DNA of 64,000 nt from Kiritimatiellia bacterium (GCA_017458625.1 JAFTAH010000164.1:37883-101882), one strand, 5' to 3'; shown: positions 48,199 to 57,624, counted from the first letter of the stretch. The notes: generated from the letters alone by a model not told the origin. Numbers and translations: made by a program.

Positions 48199-49443
48199 CT
48201 ACAAACTCGTCCCCGGCGGAATCGTCGTGTTCTTCGGAATCACGATAATCCCTCCCGCAATCGTATACAGCGGATACTGCCCGTCCGGCCGCCCGTTCGG
48301 CGCAATGACGCACCCGTCCCCGATTCGCGCGTTCTTGTCCACGATCGCGTCGCGGATGATGCAATTCCGTCCAATTCCCAGTGGCAACGTGCCCTCCGGC
48401 AGCTGGGGCGGATCGTAGTAGTCCGCCCCCATCACGATGGTGTTCTCCAGCGTCGTCCCCTCCCCGACCCGCGCCCGCACCCCCACGATGCTCGACCGGA
48501 TCGACGCCGCCGAGATGATGCACCCTTCCGTCAACAGCGCCCGATCGATCGTGCACGCCGTGATCTTCGACGGCGGCAGGAACCGCATGTGCGTGTACAG
48601 CGGCCCCGCCTTGTCATATAGGCTGAACGGCGGCACCGTCTGCGTCAGCTCCATGTTCGCCTCCCAGAACGCCCGGATCGTCCCGATGTCCCGCCAGTAG
48701 CCCCGGAACCGGTATGAATACACCGCCCGCGTCTGGATCGCCGCCGGAATGATGTTCTTCCCGAAGTCCCGCAGGTCGTTGTCCAGCAGCAGCGGCAGGA
48801 TGTCCGCGTTGAAGATGTAGATCCCCATCGACGCCAGGAAGAGCGGCGCCTCCGCCGGACTCTCCGGATCCTTCAGCTCGTCCAAGAGCGGCGTGTCCCC
48901 CGGCTTCTCCACGAACCGCCGGATGCGCCCCGTCCCGTCCGTCTGCATGATGCCCAGCGCCCCCGCCTGCTCCCGCGGCACCGGCTTCGTGCAGATCGTC
49001 ACGTCCGCCTTCCGCGCGATGTGCTCCGCCAGCACCGGCCGGAAATCCATCCGGTACAGCTGGTCCCCCGACAGGATCGCCACGTACGCCGGCGACCGGT
49101 CCAGCACATACCGCATCGACTGCCGCACCGCGTCCGCCGTCCCCTGGAACCACGACTCCCGCCCCGGCGTCTGCTGCGCCGCCAGGATCCGGACATAGCC
49201 CGTGTGGAACTGGTCGAAATGGTACGTCGCCTGCACATGCTGGTGCAGCGACACCGAGTTGAACTGCGTCAGGATGTTGATCCGCCGGATGCCCGAGTTG
49301 ATGCAGTTCGACACCGGAATGTCCACCAGCCGGAACTTGCCTGCCACTGGCACCGCCGGCTTGCAGCGGTCCCGCGTCAACGGCTGCAACCGCTTGCCCT
49401 CGCCGCCGCCGAGGATGACCCCGACCATGTTGATGTTATCCAT
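48199..49443 (-). CDS. glgC: Glucose-1-phosphate adenylyltransferase
   Basis: ILGGGEGKRLQPLT..KPAVP, WFQGTADAVRQ, LSGDQLYRMD, FVEKP, ASMGIY, YWRDIGTI. Confidence 0.97.
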   Translation of the reverse strand: MDNINMVGVILGGGEGKRLQPLTRDRCKPAVPVAGKFRLVDIPVSNCINSGIRRINILTQFNSVSLHQHVQATYHFDQFHTGYVRILAAQQTPGRESWFQGTADAVRQSMRYVLDRSPAYVAILSGDQLYRMDFRPVLAEHIARKADVTICTKPVPREQAGALGIMQTDGTGRIRRFVEKPGDTPLLDELKDPESPAEAPLFLASMGIYIFNADILPLLLDNDLRDFGKNIIPAAIQTRAVYSYRFRGYWRDIGTIRAFWEANMELTQTVPPFSLYDKAGPLYTHMRFLPPSKITACTIDRALLTEGCIISAASIRSSIVGVRARVGEGTTLENTIVMGADYYDPPQLPEGTLPLGIGRNCIIRDAIVDKNARIGDGCVIAPNGRPDGQYPLYTIAGGIIVIPKNTTIPPGTSL

Positions 49444-49505
49444 ATCGACCTCCTGCAACCTCCTGCCGTCGCCGACGCGCCCGGGCCCGCCGCCGACCTG
49501 TCCTT

Positions 49506-49534
49506 ATCATAGCCCACTCCCCCCCCCCGCGCAA
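49506..49534 (-). promoter_or_regulatory. sigma70-type promoter for glgC with a G10 run in the spacer
   Basis: TTGCGC-17 bp-TATGAT on the minus strand; C10 at 49519-49528 on the plus strand. Confidence 0.55.
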
Positions 49535-49563
49535 GCGGCGAAATGCCCCCCCTCTCCCCCCGG

Positions 49564-49730
49564 GGGCATCTGAGTAATTCCGGAATAGATGCCAACGCTC
49601 GGCATGCTTGGTCGGGGCCGACCGGAAAGGCCTTCCTGGCGAGGAGCCGGAATCTGATGGGGCAACGGGACAAAGAGCGACTCCACGCAACCCAGGTGTT
49701 TCCTCTTTTGAAACCACCTCAGATGTGCCC
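49564..49730. ncRNA. Candidate structured RNA or palindromic element, family unassigned
   Basis: Terminal complementarity GGGCATCTGAG / CTCAGATGTGCCC enclosing several short hairpins in a gene-free gap. Confidence 0.3.
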
Positions 49731-49974
49731 TCTCCTCCCCGTTTTCCTGCCCCTGTCCTTCGTGAGTTTATGGCAAAACATAGGCTTTTTTCTCATTTTC
49801 CCACCCTGGAGACGGAACCGTCACGCCCAGCCTCCCCCCCCGGCCCCGCCCCCCCCATCCCCGATGTCTCCATCGTCCCTCCCCTCCCCGTGGACCGCGC
49901 CCTGTTCCTTCGCGTTTGGGATTGTCACGGGGGGGCGGATGGGGGTAAGGTGGAAAAGTCAGGAGATGCTGAAG

Positions 49975-50544
49975 ATGATTCGTTGGTACTATGCGCACCC
50001 GAAGACCCGGGATCAGGTCGGACCTTGCGAGGAGGCCGAGGTCCGGAACTTGTTCGTGAGCGGAACCATCGGACCGTCGACGCTGGTCTGGCACGAGGGA
50101 CTGGCGGAATGGATTCCCGCCCGCGAGGCCTTCCTGGCCTACGACCCCGAGCTCGGCCCGGAACGCGCCGCCGTCCCCGGTCGTTTGGCCGGATGGCTGC
50201 GCTTCGACTCGATCATGCTCTGGCTGCTGGCGCTCGTGCTGGCCCTGCCGTGCCTGGCGGTGGCGATCCCGCTGGCGGTGGCGGCGTGGTGGTGCTGGAG
50301 CGCGGCGGCGACCATCGGCCGGATGCCCTCGATTCCGGCGGAGTCCGAAGTGGTGCTGACCCGTCTGCGGGGCGTGTTCGCCGGCCTGGGCTGGACCGCG
50401 ATCATCGCCATCGTCCTGATGCTCGCCTTCGTGCTCCTGCTGTGCCTGGGCGTGCTGGGCCCGGAAATGCCCGAGGGCGGTCTGCGGGGGCTGATGGAAG
50501 TGCTTTCATCCCAGCTGGCGCAAGCGGCGGTTCCGGAGGGCTGA
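49975..50544 (+). CDS. GYF_2 (DUF4339) domain membrane protein
   Basis: WYY..QVGP..GTIGPSTLVWHEGLAEWIPA; three hydrophobic segments; AGGAG RBS. Confidence 0.85.
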   Translation: MIRWYYAHPKTRDQVGPCEEAEVRNLFVSGTIGPSTLVWHEGLAEWIPAREAFLAYDPELGPERAAVPGRLAGWLRFDSIMLWLLALVLALPCLAVAIPLAVAAWWCWSAAATIGRMPSIPAESEVVLTRLRGVFAGLGWTAIIAIVLMLAFVLLLCLGVLGPEMPEGGLRGLMEVLSSQLAQAAVPEG

Positions 50545-50547
50545 CGA

Positions 50548-51300
50548 ATGCTTTCGGCCGAGGAACGCGGACGCTATGCGCGGCAGTTGGCCCTGCCGGG
50601 CTTCGGTGCGGCGGCCCAGGAGCGGCTGCGCGAAGGCCGCGTCCTGGTGGTGGGCTGCGGCGGCCTCGGCTCCCCGGCCCTGCTCTACCTGGCGGCAGCC
50701 GGCGTGGGCCGCATCGGCTTCGTCGACAGCGACCTCGTCGACCTCTCCAACCTCCAGCGCCAGATCCTCCACGCGACGACGGACATCGGCCGCCTCAAGA
50801 CCGACTCGGCGGAAGCCCGGCTCCGCGCCCTGAACCCCCATCTCCACCTCGAATCCTACCCGCTCCGCCTCAGCCCGGACAACGCCCGCCAGGTCTTCGC
50901 GCCCTACGATGTGGTGATCGACGCCGCCGACACCTACGCCACCAAGTACCTCGTCAACGACGTCTGCTGCTCGCTGCGGAAGCCCTTCGTCCATGCGGGG
51001 GTCATGGGCTGGTGCGGCCAGGCCATGACGGTGTTGCCGGGCCAGACCGCCTGCCTGCGCTGCATCGCCCCCACCCCGCCCGCCGAGCCGGAGCCCGCCG
51101 CCCGCGCCATCCTGGGCACGGTTCCGGGCCTCGTCGGCACGCTGGCGGCTAGCGAAGCCATCAAGCTCCTGACGGGCCTGGGCACCCCCCTGGCGGACCG
51201 CCTCCTCGTCTACGACGCCCTGGCCGCCTCCTTCCTGACCTGCGCCGCCCATCCCGACCCCGCCTGCCCTGCCTGTAGCCACCTTCGAGACTCGCAATGA
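50548..51300 (+). CDS. moeB: MoeB/ThiF family adenylyltransferase
   Basis: RYARQLAL, VVGCGGLGSP, DLVDLSNLQRQILH, CLRC, CPAC. Confidence 0.92.
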   Translation: MLSAEERGRYARQLALPGFGAAAQERLREGRVLVVGCGGLGSPALLYLAAAGVGRIGFVDSDLVDLSNLQRQILHATTDIGRLKTDSAEARLRALNPHLHLESYPLRLSPDNARQVFAPYDVVIDAADTYATKYLVNDVCCSLRKPFVHAGVMGWCGQAMTVLPGQTACLRCIAPTPPAEPEPAARAILGTVPGLVGTLAASEAIKLLTGLGTPLADRLLVYDALAASFLTCAAHPDPACPACSHLRDSQ

Positions 51301-51385
51301 CCCTTTCCCCTCCCAAACAACCCGGATGTCCGGCCCGCCGCCTTTGCGCCTGCCTCCCATCCCTTCCCCCAGGAGAATCCCCACC

Positions 51386-51901
51386 ATGACCGAACCTGCC
51401 AAACCCGCCCCCGCCCCGAAGACCATCTCCTTCACCCTCAACGGCCGCCCCCGCGTCGCCGTCATCGAGGGCTGGGAGAAGATCCTCGACGTCCTCCGCG
51501 AAGACCTGAACCTCACCGGCACCAAGCACGGCTGCGACGACTACACCTGCGGCGCCTGCACCATCGTCATGGATGGCGACGCCCGCAAGGCCTGCGTCTT
51601 CCCCGCCGCCAAGCTGGAAGGCGCCACCGTCCTGACCATCGAGGGCCTGCGCCGTCCCGACGGCTCCCTGCACCCCATCCAGCGCGCTCTCATCGAGGCC
51701 GGCGCCGTCCAGTGCGGCTTCTGCATCCCCGGCATCGTCATGGAGCTCTACGCCCTCTTCACCAAGACCCCCGACGCCTCCGACGAGCAGCTCCGCGCCG
51801 CCCTCGCCAAGCACTACTGCCGCTGCACCGGCTACGAGGCCATCTACGAAGGCGCCAAGCTCGCGCAGCGTTACATGAAGGAAGAAGCCGCCGCCAACTA
51901 G
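51386..51901 (+). CDS. (2Fe-2S)-binding small subunit of xanthine/aldehyde oxidoreductase family
   Basis: LTGTKHGC..CGACT..ACV, TIEGL, QCGFCIPG, CRCTGY. Confidence 0.92.
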   Translation: MTEPAKPAPAPKTISFTLNGRPRVAVIEGWEKILDVLREDLNLTGTKHGCDDYTCGACTIVMDGDARKACVFPAAKLEGATVLTIEGLRRPDGSLHPIQRALIEAGAVQCGFCIPGIVMELYALFTKTPDASDEQLRAALAKHYCRCTGYEAIYEGAKLAQRYMKEEAAAN

Positions 51902-51947
51902 CCCCCGACGACCTCCCCCCGTTCCCTGCCCCCCGGAATCCTCCGCC

Positions 51948-52610
51948 ATGCCCACCCCCGCCGCTGCCCCCCAGACCTTCTCCGCCCTCGACTGGTCGAC
52001 CTGGCGCCCCCTCGAGACCGCCACCCTGATGTTCGTCCGCATGGACGGTATGGTCCTCCTCATCCGCAAGCTCAAGGGCATGGGCCGCGGCCTCCTCAAC
52101 GGCCCCGGCGGACGCGTCGACCCCGGCGAAACGCCCGTCGAGGGAGCCATCCGCGAAACCCAGGAGGAGCTCCAGATCAAGCCCCTCGGCGTCAAGGAGG
52201 CCGGCATCCTCAACTTCCAGTTCACCAGCGGCTACTCCCTCCGCTGCCACGTCTTCACCGCCTCCAACTACGACGGCACCCCCTCCCGCACCCCCGAGGC
52301 CATCCCCCTCTGGGTCGACGAACGCGAAATGCCCTACTCCCAGATGTGGGCCGACGACCGCATCTGGTACCCCCTCATCCTCCAGGGCCGCTACTTCGAG
52401 GGCCGCTTCCTCTTCGACTCTGGCAACCTCGTCGGCTGCGAGATGGACATCGCCGGCACCCACCCCTCCCCTGCCGCCCTCGCCGCCCAGAACCCCGCCG
52501 ACCCCTACCTCACCGTCCCCGAGTCCGCCACCGTCTCCCCAGACAACTACGAAGGCCCGAAAACCGCCCCCACCACCCCGCCACCCGCCCCCCAGGAGCC
52601 CGCCCCATGA
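51948..52610 (+). CDS. NUDIX hydrolase, 8-oxo-dGTPase (MTH1/NUDT1-like)
   Basis: NGPGGRVDPGETPVEGAIRETQEE, EMPYSQMWADDRIWYP. Confidence 0.85.
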   Translation: MPTPAAAPQTFSALDWSTWRPLETATLMFVRMDGMVLLIRKLKGMGRGLLNGPGGRVDPGETPVEGAIRETQEELQIKPLGVKEAGILNFQFTSGYSLRCHVFTASNYDGTPSRTPEAIPLWVDEREMPYSQMWADDRIWYPLILQGRYFEGRFLFDSGNLVGCEMDIAGTHPSPAALAAQNPADPYLTVPESATVSPDNYEGPKTAPTTPPPAPQEPAP

Positions 52611-53206
52611 CCAGCTGGATGCCCACCTTCTTCGCCACCTGGAACTGGGTCGACTGGTCCTTCTGGGCCATCGTCGTCCTCGGCGCCTGCTACGGCCTCT
52701 GGCGCGGCCTCTCCCACGAGCTCGCCGTCCTCCTCTCCTACGTCTTCGCCATCCTGGTGACCCGCCTCGCCTACGAGCCCCTCGCCAACTGGCTCGGCCG
52801 CATCCTCTCCTGGTCGCCCGACATCCTCCGCCTGACCGCCGTCCTGCTCTCCCTGGCCGCCGCCATCCTCCTCATGTGGGGTGTCCGGCTGGTCTTTGGC
52901 AAGATCATGTCCTTTGCCTTCAAGGGCTGGCTCGAGCGCGGCGGCGGCCTCCTCGCCGGCGCCTTCCGCTGGGGCATCCTGGGCATCCTCCTCCTGCACA
53001 TCCTCTCCCTCCTTCCCTCCGCCGGCCTCCAGCGCGCCATCCTCTACGACTCCGTCACCGGCCGCGAGCTCATCCCCTGCGCCGAGGAAACCTACAACGA
53101 CATCGCCGCCAAGGCCTTCCTCCCCCCCATCGAGAACCCCACCGGCCTCCGCCTCCCCCAGTCCGACGCCGTCTACATGCCCCCCCCCGTCGACGCCAGC
53201 CCATGA
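52607..53206 (+). CDS. cvpA: CvpA (colicin V production) family membrane protein
   Basis: WVDW..GLWRGLSHEL, LERGGGLLAG; ATGA overlap. Confidence 0.85.
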   Translation: MTSWMPTFFATWNWVDWSFWAIVVLGACYGLWRGLSHELAVLLSYVFAILVTRLAYEPLANWLGRILSWSPDILRLTAVLLSLAAAILLMWGVRLVFGKIMSFAFKGWLERGGGLLAGAFRWGILGILLLHILSLLPSAGLQRAILYDSVTGRELIPCAEETYNDIAAKAFLPPIENPTGLRLPQSDAVYMPPPVDASP

Positions 53207-53213
53207 CATCCTC

Positions 53214-54185
53214 GTGACCCCTTCCGTTCCATCCCCCGCCTCCACCTCCGCCGCCCCCGCCGCCCCTGCCCTGGCCGTCCGCGACCTCGCCGTCCATGCC
53301 GGCCCCGTCGAGATTGCCGCCCACGTCAACCTCACCCTCTACCCAGGCCGCATGCTGGCCCTCGTCGGCGAAAGCGGCTGCGGCAAGTCCCTGACCGCCG
53401 CCGCCCTCGGCGACCTCCTCCCCCCCGGCCTTACCGCCACCGCCGCCCAGCCCAGCACCCTCCGCGCCGGTCCCCGCGGCCTCGCCTACGTCTTTCAGGA
53501 CCCCGGCGTCCACCTCAACCCCGTCCTGACCGTCGGCACCCAGCTCGCCGAAGCCCTCGCCGCCGCCGCCGTCCCCCGCCGCCAGCACCGCGACCGCCTC
53601 CTTGACCTCCTCGCCCGCGTCGGCCTCCCCGACCCGCCCCGCGTCGCCGCCAGCTACCCCCACCAGCTCTCCGGCGGCATGCAGCAGCGCGTCATGATCG
53701 CCATGGCCCTCGCTCTCTCCCCCCGCGCCCTTGTCGCCGACGAGCCCACCACCGCCCTCGACGTCACCGTCCAGGCCAAGATTCTCCAGCTCCTCCGCCA
53801 CCTCCAGCTCGTCGAGAACCTGGCCGTCCTGCTCATCACCCACAACCTGGGCGTCGTCGCCCAGGTCGCCGACGACATGGCCGTCATGTACGCCGGACGC
53901 ATCGTCGAGCAAGGCCCCGTCCCCGACGTCCTCCGCCATCCCGCCCACCCCTACGTCCGGGCCCTCCTCCGCGCCCTCCCCACCCTCCATGGCGCCGACA
54001 CTGCCGCCCCCCTCCACGAAATCCCCGGGCGCGTCCCCCCTCCCGGCGCCCGCCCCCCCGGCTGCCCCTTCGCCCCCCGCTGCGTCGCCGCCCAGCCCGA
54101 CTGCTCCCTCGCCGAACTCTCCCTCCGCCCCCTCTCCCCCCTCTCCCCCGACCGCTCCACCGCCTGCCTGCACCCCCTCGCCTGA
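53214..54185 (+). CDS. Peptide ABC transporter ATP-binding subunit (OppD/DppD type)
   Basis: [38 protein letters not shown]; GTG start inferred. Confidence 0.9.
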   Translation: MTPSVPSPASTSAAPAAPALAVRDLAVHAGPVEIAAHVNLTLYPGRMLALVGESGCGKSLTAAALGDLLPPGLTATAAQPSTLRAGPRGLAYVFQDPGVHLNPVLTVGTQLAEALAAAAVPRRQHRDRLLDLLARVGLPDPPRVAASYPHQLSGGMQQRVMIAMALALSPRALVADEPTTALDVTVQAKILQLLRHLQLVENLAVLLITHNLGVVAQVADDMAVMYAGRIVEQGPVPDVLRHPAHPYVRALLRALPTLHGADTAAPLHEIPGRVPPPGARPPGCPFAPRCVAAQPDCSLAELSLRPLSPLSPDRSTACLHPLA

Positions 54186-54265
54186 CCGCCCTCCCCTCGC
54201 CCACGGCCCGCCACGGCCCCTCATCCCATCCTCCCCCGCCACACGCCAAAATTCGCAAAAGGCCA

Positions 54266-55426
54266 ATGATTCACCGTAGGCTCACAACGATTGCCCCCCG
54301 CTCCGGCGCGGCGGAACCGGCCTTCGGCGGCCTCTACGTCCACATCCCCTTCTGCGCCCGCAAATGCCCCTACTGCGCCTTCTGGTCGCGCGGGGACCAG
54401 GACCTCCCCGTCCGCCGCGAATGGTTCGCCGCCCTCCGCCGCGAATGGGCCCGGCGCCGCGACACCGAACCCGGACTGGCCTCCTGGCGTCCCGCCACCA
54501 TCTTCTTCGGCGGCGGCACCCCCACCTTCCTCGAGCCCGGCGAGCTCGACGAGCTCTGCGGCTGGATTCGCGCCACCTTCGACCTCTCCGGCCTCGTCGA
54601 ATGGTCCGTCGAGGCCAACCCGGGCACCCTCACGCCCCAAAAGGCCGCCATCCTCCGGCACCACGGCGTCACCCGCCTCTCCCTGGGCGTCCAGTCGCTC
54701 AATCCCCACGCCCTCGCCACCCTCGGCCGCATCCATGGCCCCGACGAAGCCCGCGCCGCCGTCGCCATCGCCCGCGACGCCGACTTCCCCCACCTCGGTG
54801 CCGACTGGATGTACGGCCTCCCCGGCCTCCCCGAAACCGCCGCCCGCCACGACCTCGAGACCCTCGCCGCCCTGCCCGGCCTCGACCACCTCTCCTGCTA
54901 CGCCCTCGAAGTCGAGCCCGGCACCCCCTTCGCCCACCGCCGCGTCCGCACCGACGACCGCCTCCAGCGCCGCCTCTACGAATTCGCCCGCCGCGCCCTC
55001 CGCGCCGCCGGCTTTTCCCACTACGAGCTCTCCAACTTCGCCCGCCCCGGTGCCGAATGCCGCCACAACCTCCTCTACTGGTCCGGCGGCGCCTACCTCG
55101 GCCTCGGCCCCGCCGCAGCCTCCCACTGGCACGGCGTCCGCTCCGCCAACTCCCGCGACCTCGTCCGCTGGCGCCGCGCCTTCTCCGAATCCCTCCCCCC
55201 CGCCCAGAAGGCCTGCGAAACCCTCGTCTTCGGCCTCCGCCGCCTCCCGGGCTGGACCCGCGCCGAATTCGCGGCGGCCACCGGCGGCTTCGACTGGACC
55301 ACCCTCCGCGGCCCCGAGATCGCCGCCCTCGTCCGCAACCGCCTCCTCGTCGAGACTTCCTCCCGCCTCCGCCTCTCCACCCGCGCCCTCTTCGTCAGCG
55401 ACTCCGTCTTCCGCGCCCTCATCTGA
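54266..55426 (+). CDS. hemW: Radical SAM heme chaperone HemW (HemN-like)
   Basis: LYVHIPFCARKCPYCAF (CxxxCxxC), FFGGGTP, EANPG, RLSLGVQS, YELSNFA, HNLLYW. Confidence 0.92.
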   Translation: MIHRRLTTIAPRSGAAEPAFGGLYVHIPFCARKCPYCAFWSRGDQDLPVRREWFAALRREWARRRDTEPGLASWRPATIFFGGGTPTFLEPGELDELCGWIRATFDLSGLVEWSVEANPGTLTPQKAAILRHHGVTRLSLGVQSLNPHALATLGRIHGPDEARAAVAIARDADFPHLGADWMYGLPGLPETAARHDLETLAALPGLDHLSCYALEVEPGTPFAHRRVRTDDRLQRRLYEFARRALRAAGFSHYELSNFARPGAECRHNLLYWSGGAYLGLGPAAASHWHGVRSANSRDLVRWRRAFSESLPPAQKACETLVFGLRRLPGWTRAEFAAATGGFDWTTLRGPEIAALVRNRLLVETSSRLRLSTRALFVSDSVFRALI

Positions 55427-55744
55427 CTCCCTGCAAACTCTCGTCCCTTTTCGCGTCGCCTCTCTCGGACTGCGGGCTCGTCGCGCCCCGCCTCCTCCCC
55501 CCTCCCAGTGCAACTAAGTGCCAGACTATTTGTTTGCATTCCCTCTCGAATCGCTGTGGTTTTTCGTCAAACATTGGGTTTTTTGCCATTTTCTCCTTCT
55601 CGGGGTACAGCCCGTCGCGCCCGCCCCCTTTCCCCGCTTGGCCCCCTTTCCCCCCTTCGTCCCCCGCCCCCGCAATGGATTTTTCTCGTCTTGCGCCCCC
55701 CGGACGCGGTAAGGTCGCACATTGTGAGCGATGACTCTCCCAGA

Positions 55745-57112
55745 ATGCCCGACGCCGACCCCCTGGCCAACGCCCCGGTCGAACTCCTCGACCTGGCCTG
55801 GATGTGCCTGGCCGGCACCGAGCCCGTCCGCGCCGCCACCCTCCTCGGCACCCGCCTCGACCGCTTCCCCGATGCCCCCTGGACCTATCCCGGCATCATC
55901 GCCGCCGGCCACGCCCTGGCCAACGCCCTGTCCGCACACCCCGCCGATGCGCCGGACCAGGCCGCCGCCACCGCCCTCCTCGAGCGCTTCTGGACGGCCG
56001 CCCCGGACTTCTTCGAGGCGGAAGTCTCGCGCTTCGACCCGCGTTCCGACGGCCTCGTCCGCTGGCCGGACGCCCCCGAGCCCTTCGCCCTCGACGCCGC
56101 CGTGCTTCTCCTGGAGGATGCCCGGCTCTTCCTCAAGCTCGTCAAGTCCCGCGAAAACCTCCTGCCCCAGGCCAACTTCGCCCGCGCCACCCTCAACGAT
56201 GCCGAGGACTGGCTTGTCCGCACCCTCTGGGACGACGACGGCATGCAGTTCCTCCGCCTCGACGGCCCCGATGTCGACCCCTGCGTCGACCTTTCCGCCC
56301 GCCCCCTCTGGATCCTCGAATGGAAGTCTGCCCGCCAGGACATGCTTGACGCCGCCCTCGCCATCCGCCCGCTGGCGGCCGCCGACGCCCGCGACCCCGC
56401 CGCCGTCCCCCTCCGACTCCTCCTCGCGGCCCGGCTCGTCCGGAGCGGCGCCAGCGAAGATGCGCAACCCTCTTCCCCCGCTTCCGCCGCCCCCCGCTAC
56501 CGCCGCGTGGCCGCCCAGCTCCTCGCCTTGCCCATTCCCACGGACACCGCCCCCGAACGCGCTGCCGTCCACGAGTCCATCCGCCACGCCCTCTGCGCCC
56601 ACGTCCCTGCCGCCAGCGACTGGTCGCGCCCCGTCCCCAGAACCAGGCTACTGGCTTTCGCCGTCGCAGCCGTCGTGCTGCTCCTGCTCGTCGCCGCATG
56701 CATGATGGCATTCCGGTCAAGCCGCGCGGGCACTCCCCTCAGCCTCCTCCAACGCGCCCGCCAGGCCCTCGACGACGGCGACCCCGCCACCGCCGCCGAG
56801 CTCTACCAGACCGCCGCCGACGCCGCCGAGTCGCCCTCCGACCGCATCCGGCTCCTGACCCGGCGCGCCAACTGCCTGTTCCACGCCGACCGTCCCCAGG
56901 AGGCCGAGTCCGCCTACCGCGCCCTCCTCGCCGCCACCCCCGACCTCCCGTCCGTCCGCTACGACCTGGCCTGCGCCCTCTGGGCCCAGCGCCGCACCAA
57001 CGAAGCCATCCAGACCTTCCGCGACCTGCCCGACCTAGCCCCCTCCGCCACCTCCGACCTCCGTGCTCGCGCCGCCCGCGCCGCCGACTATCTCTCCTCC
57101 CTCCCCCAGTAG
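55745..57112 (+). CDS. Hypothetical membrane protein with C-terminal TPR region
   Basis: C-ending codon bias; TM segment LLAFAVAAVVLLLLVAACMM; helical TPR-like C-terminus. Confidence 0.7.
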   Translation: MPDADPLANAPVELLDLAWMCLAGTEPVRAATLLGTRLDRFPDAPWTYPGIIAAGHALANALSAHPADAPDQAAATALLERFWTAAPDFFEAEVSRFDPRSDGLVRWPDAPEPFALDAAVLLLEDARLFLKLVKSRENLLPQANFARATLNDAEDWLVRTLWDDDGMQFLRLDGPDVDPCVDLSARPLWILEWKSARQDMLDAALAIRPLAAADARDPAAVPLRLLLAARLVRSGASEDAQPSSPASAAPRYRRVAAQLLALPIPTDTAPERAAVHESIRHALCAHVPAASDWSRPVPRTRLLAFAVAAVVLLLLVAACMMAFRSSRAGTPLSLLQRARQALDDGDPATAAELYQTAADAAESPSDRIRLLTRRANCLFHADRPQEAESAYRALLAATPDLPSVRYDLACALWAQRRTNEAIQTFRDLPDLAPSATSDLRARAARAADYLSSLPQ

Positions 57113-57132
57113 CCCCCGCCCACCTCCCCCCT

Positions 57133-57204
57133 GGTGGCGACGGCATCCCCTCCGTTGCCCCGCCCGCCCCCCATCGCCGCAACAGCGAAATGCCGTTGCC
57201 ACAT
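57133..57204. repeat. REP/REPIN doublet (GTGGCAACGGC family)
   Basis: Matches 48091-48163; half copies at 40871-40900 and 57551-57583. Confidence 0.75.
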
Positions 57205-57227
57205 CAACCGCCGCCTTCCTCTCGCCC

Positions 57228-57318
57228 AAAACACGTTTCCATTCAATGGAAAAAGTGCCAAAACATGCTTCCATTGTCTGGAAAAAGTGCCAAAACATGC
57301 TTCCATTCAATGGAAACC
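57228..57318. repeat. Three tandem 32-bp units, each with a TTCCA-N5-TGGAA dyad
   Basis: TTCCA starts at 57237, 57269, 57301. Confidence 0.85.
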
Positions 57319-57418
57319 TGTTTCGACGAAGCCGACGGCATCGGATGCTGTCGATGATTCCAAATGGCCTGTCCCGGGACTATCCCCTTTCCTGCCTCCG
57401 CGCCACGAGGCCTTTTCG

Positions 57419-57515
57419 GTAGGGCCCGACCGCCGGGCGGGCCGAACCCCAGGGGGCGAAAAGAACATCCCCAAAACGACCCTTGACCGCAGGCCGCCCG
57501 GCGGCCGGCCCCTAC
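57419..57515. repeat. GTAG-type inverted REP pair (REPIN-like)
   Basis: GTAGGGCCCGACCGCCGGGCGGGCC ... GGCCGCCCGGCGGCCGGCCCCTAC. Confidence 0.65.
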
Positions 57516-57624
57516 CCAGCCTGCCGGGCATTTTGCCTCTCTCCCCCCCCCATCGCCGCAACGGCGCAACGCCGTTGCCACATCTGCTTCGGCTGGCGTT
57601 CGCAGTAAGCCCCAGCGCGGGGAG

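Noticed and set aside
49680-49705. GCAACC..GGTG resembling a SAM-I riboswitch core
   Set aside because: Only 2 nt separate the two halves, so P3 cannot form; the AUC..GAG P1/P2 motifs are missing.
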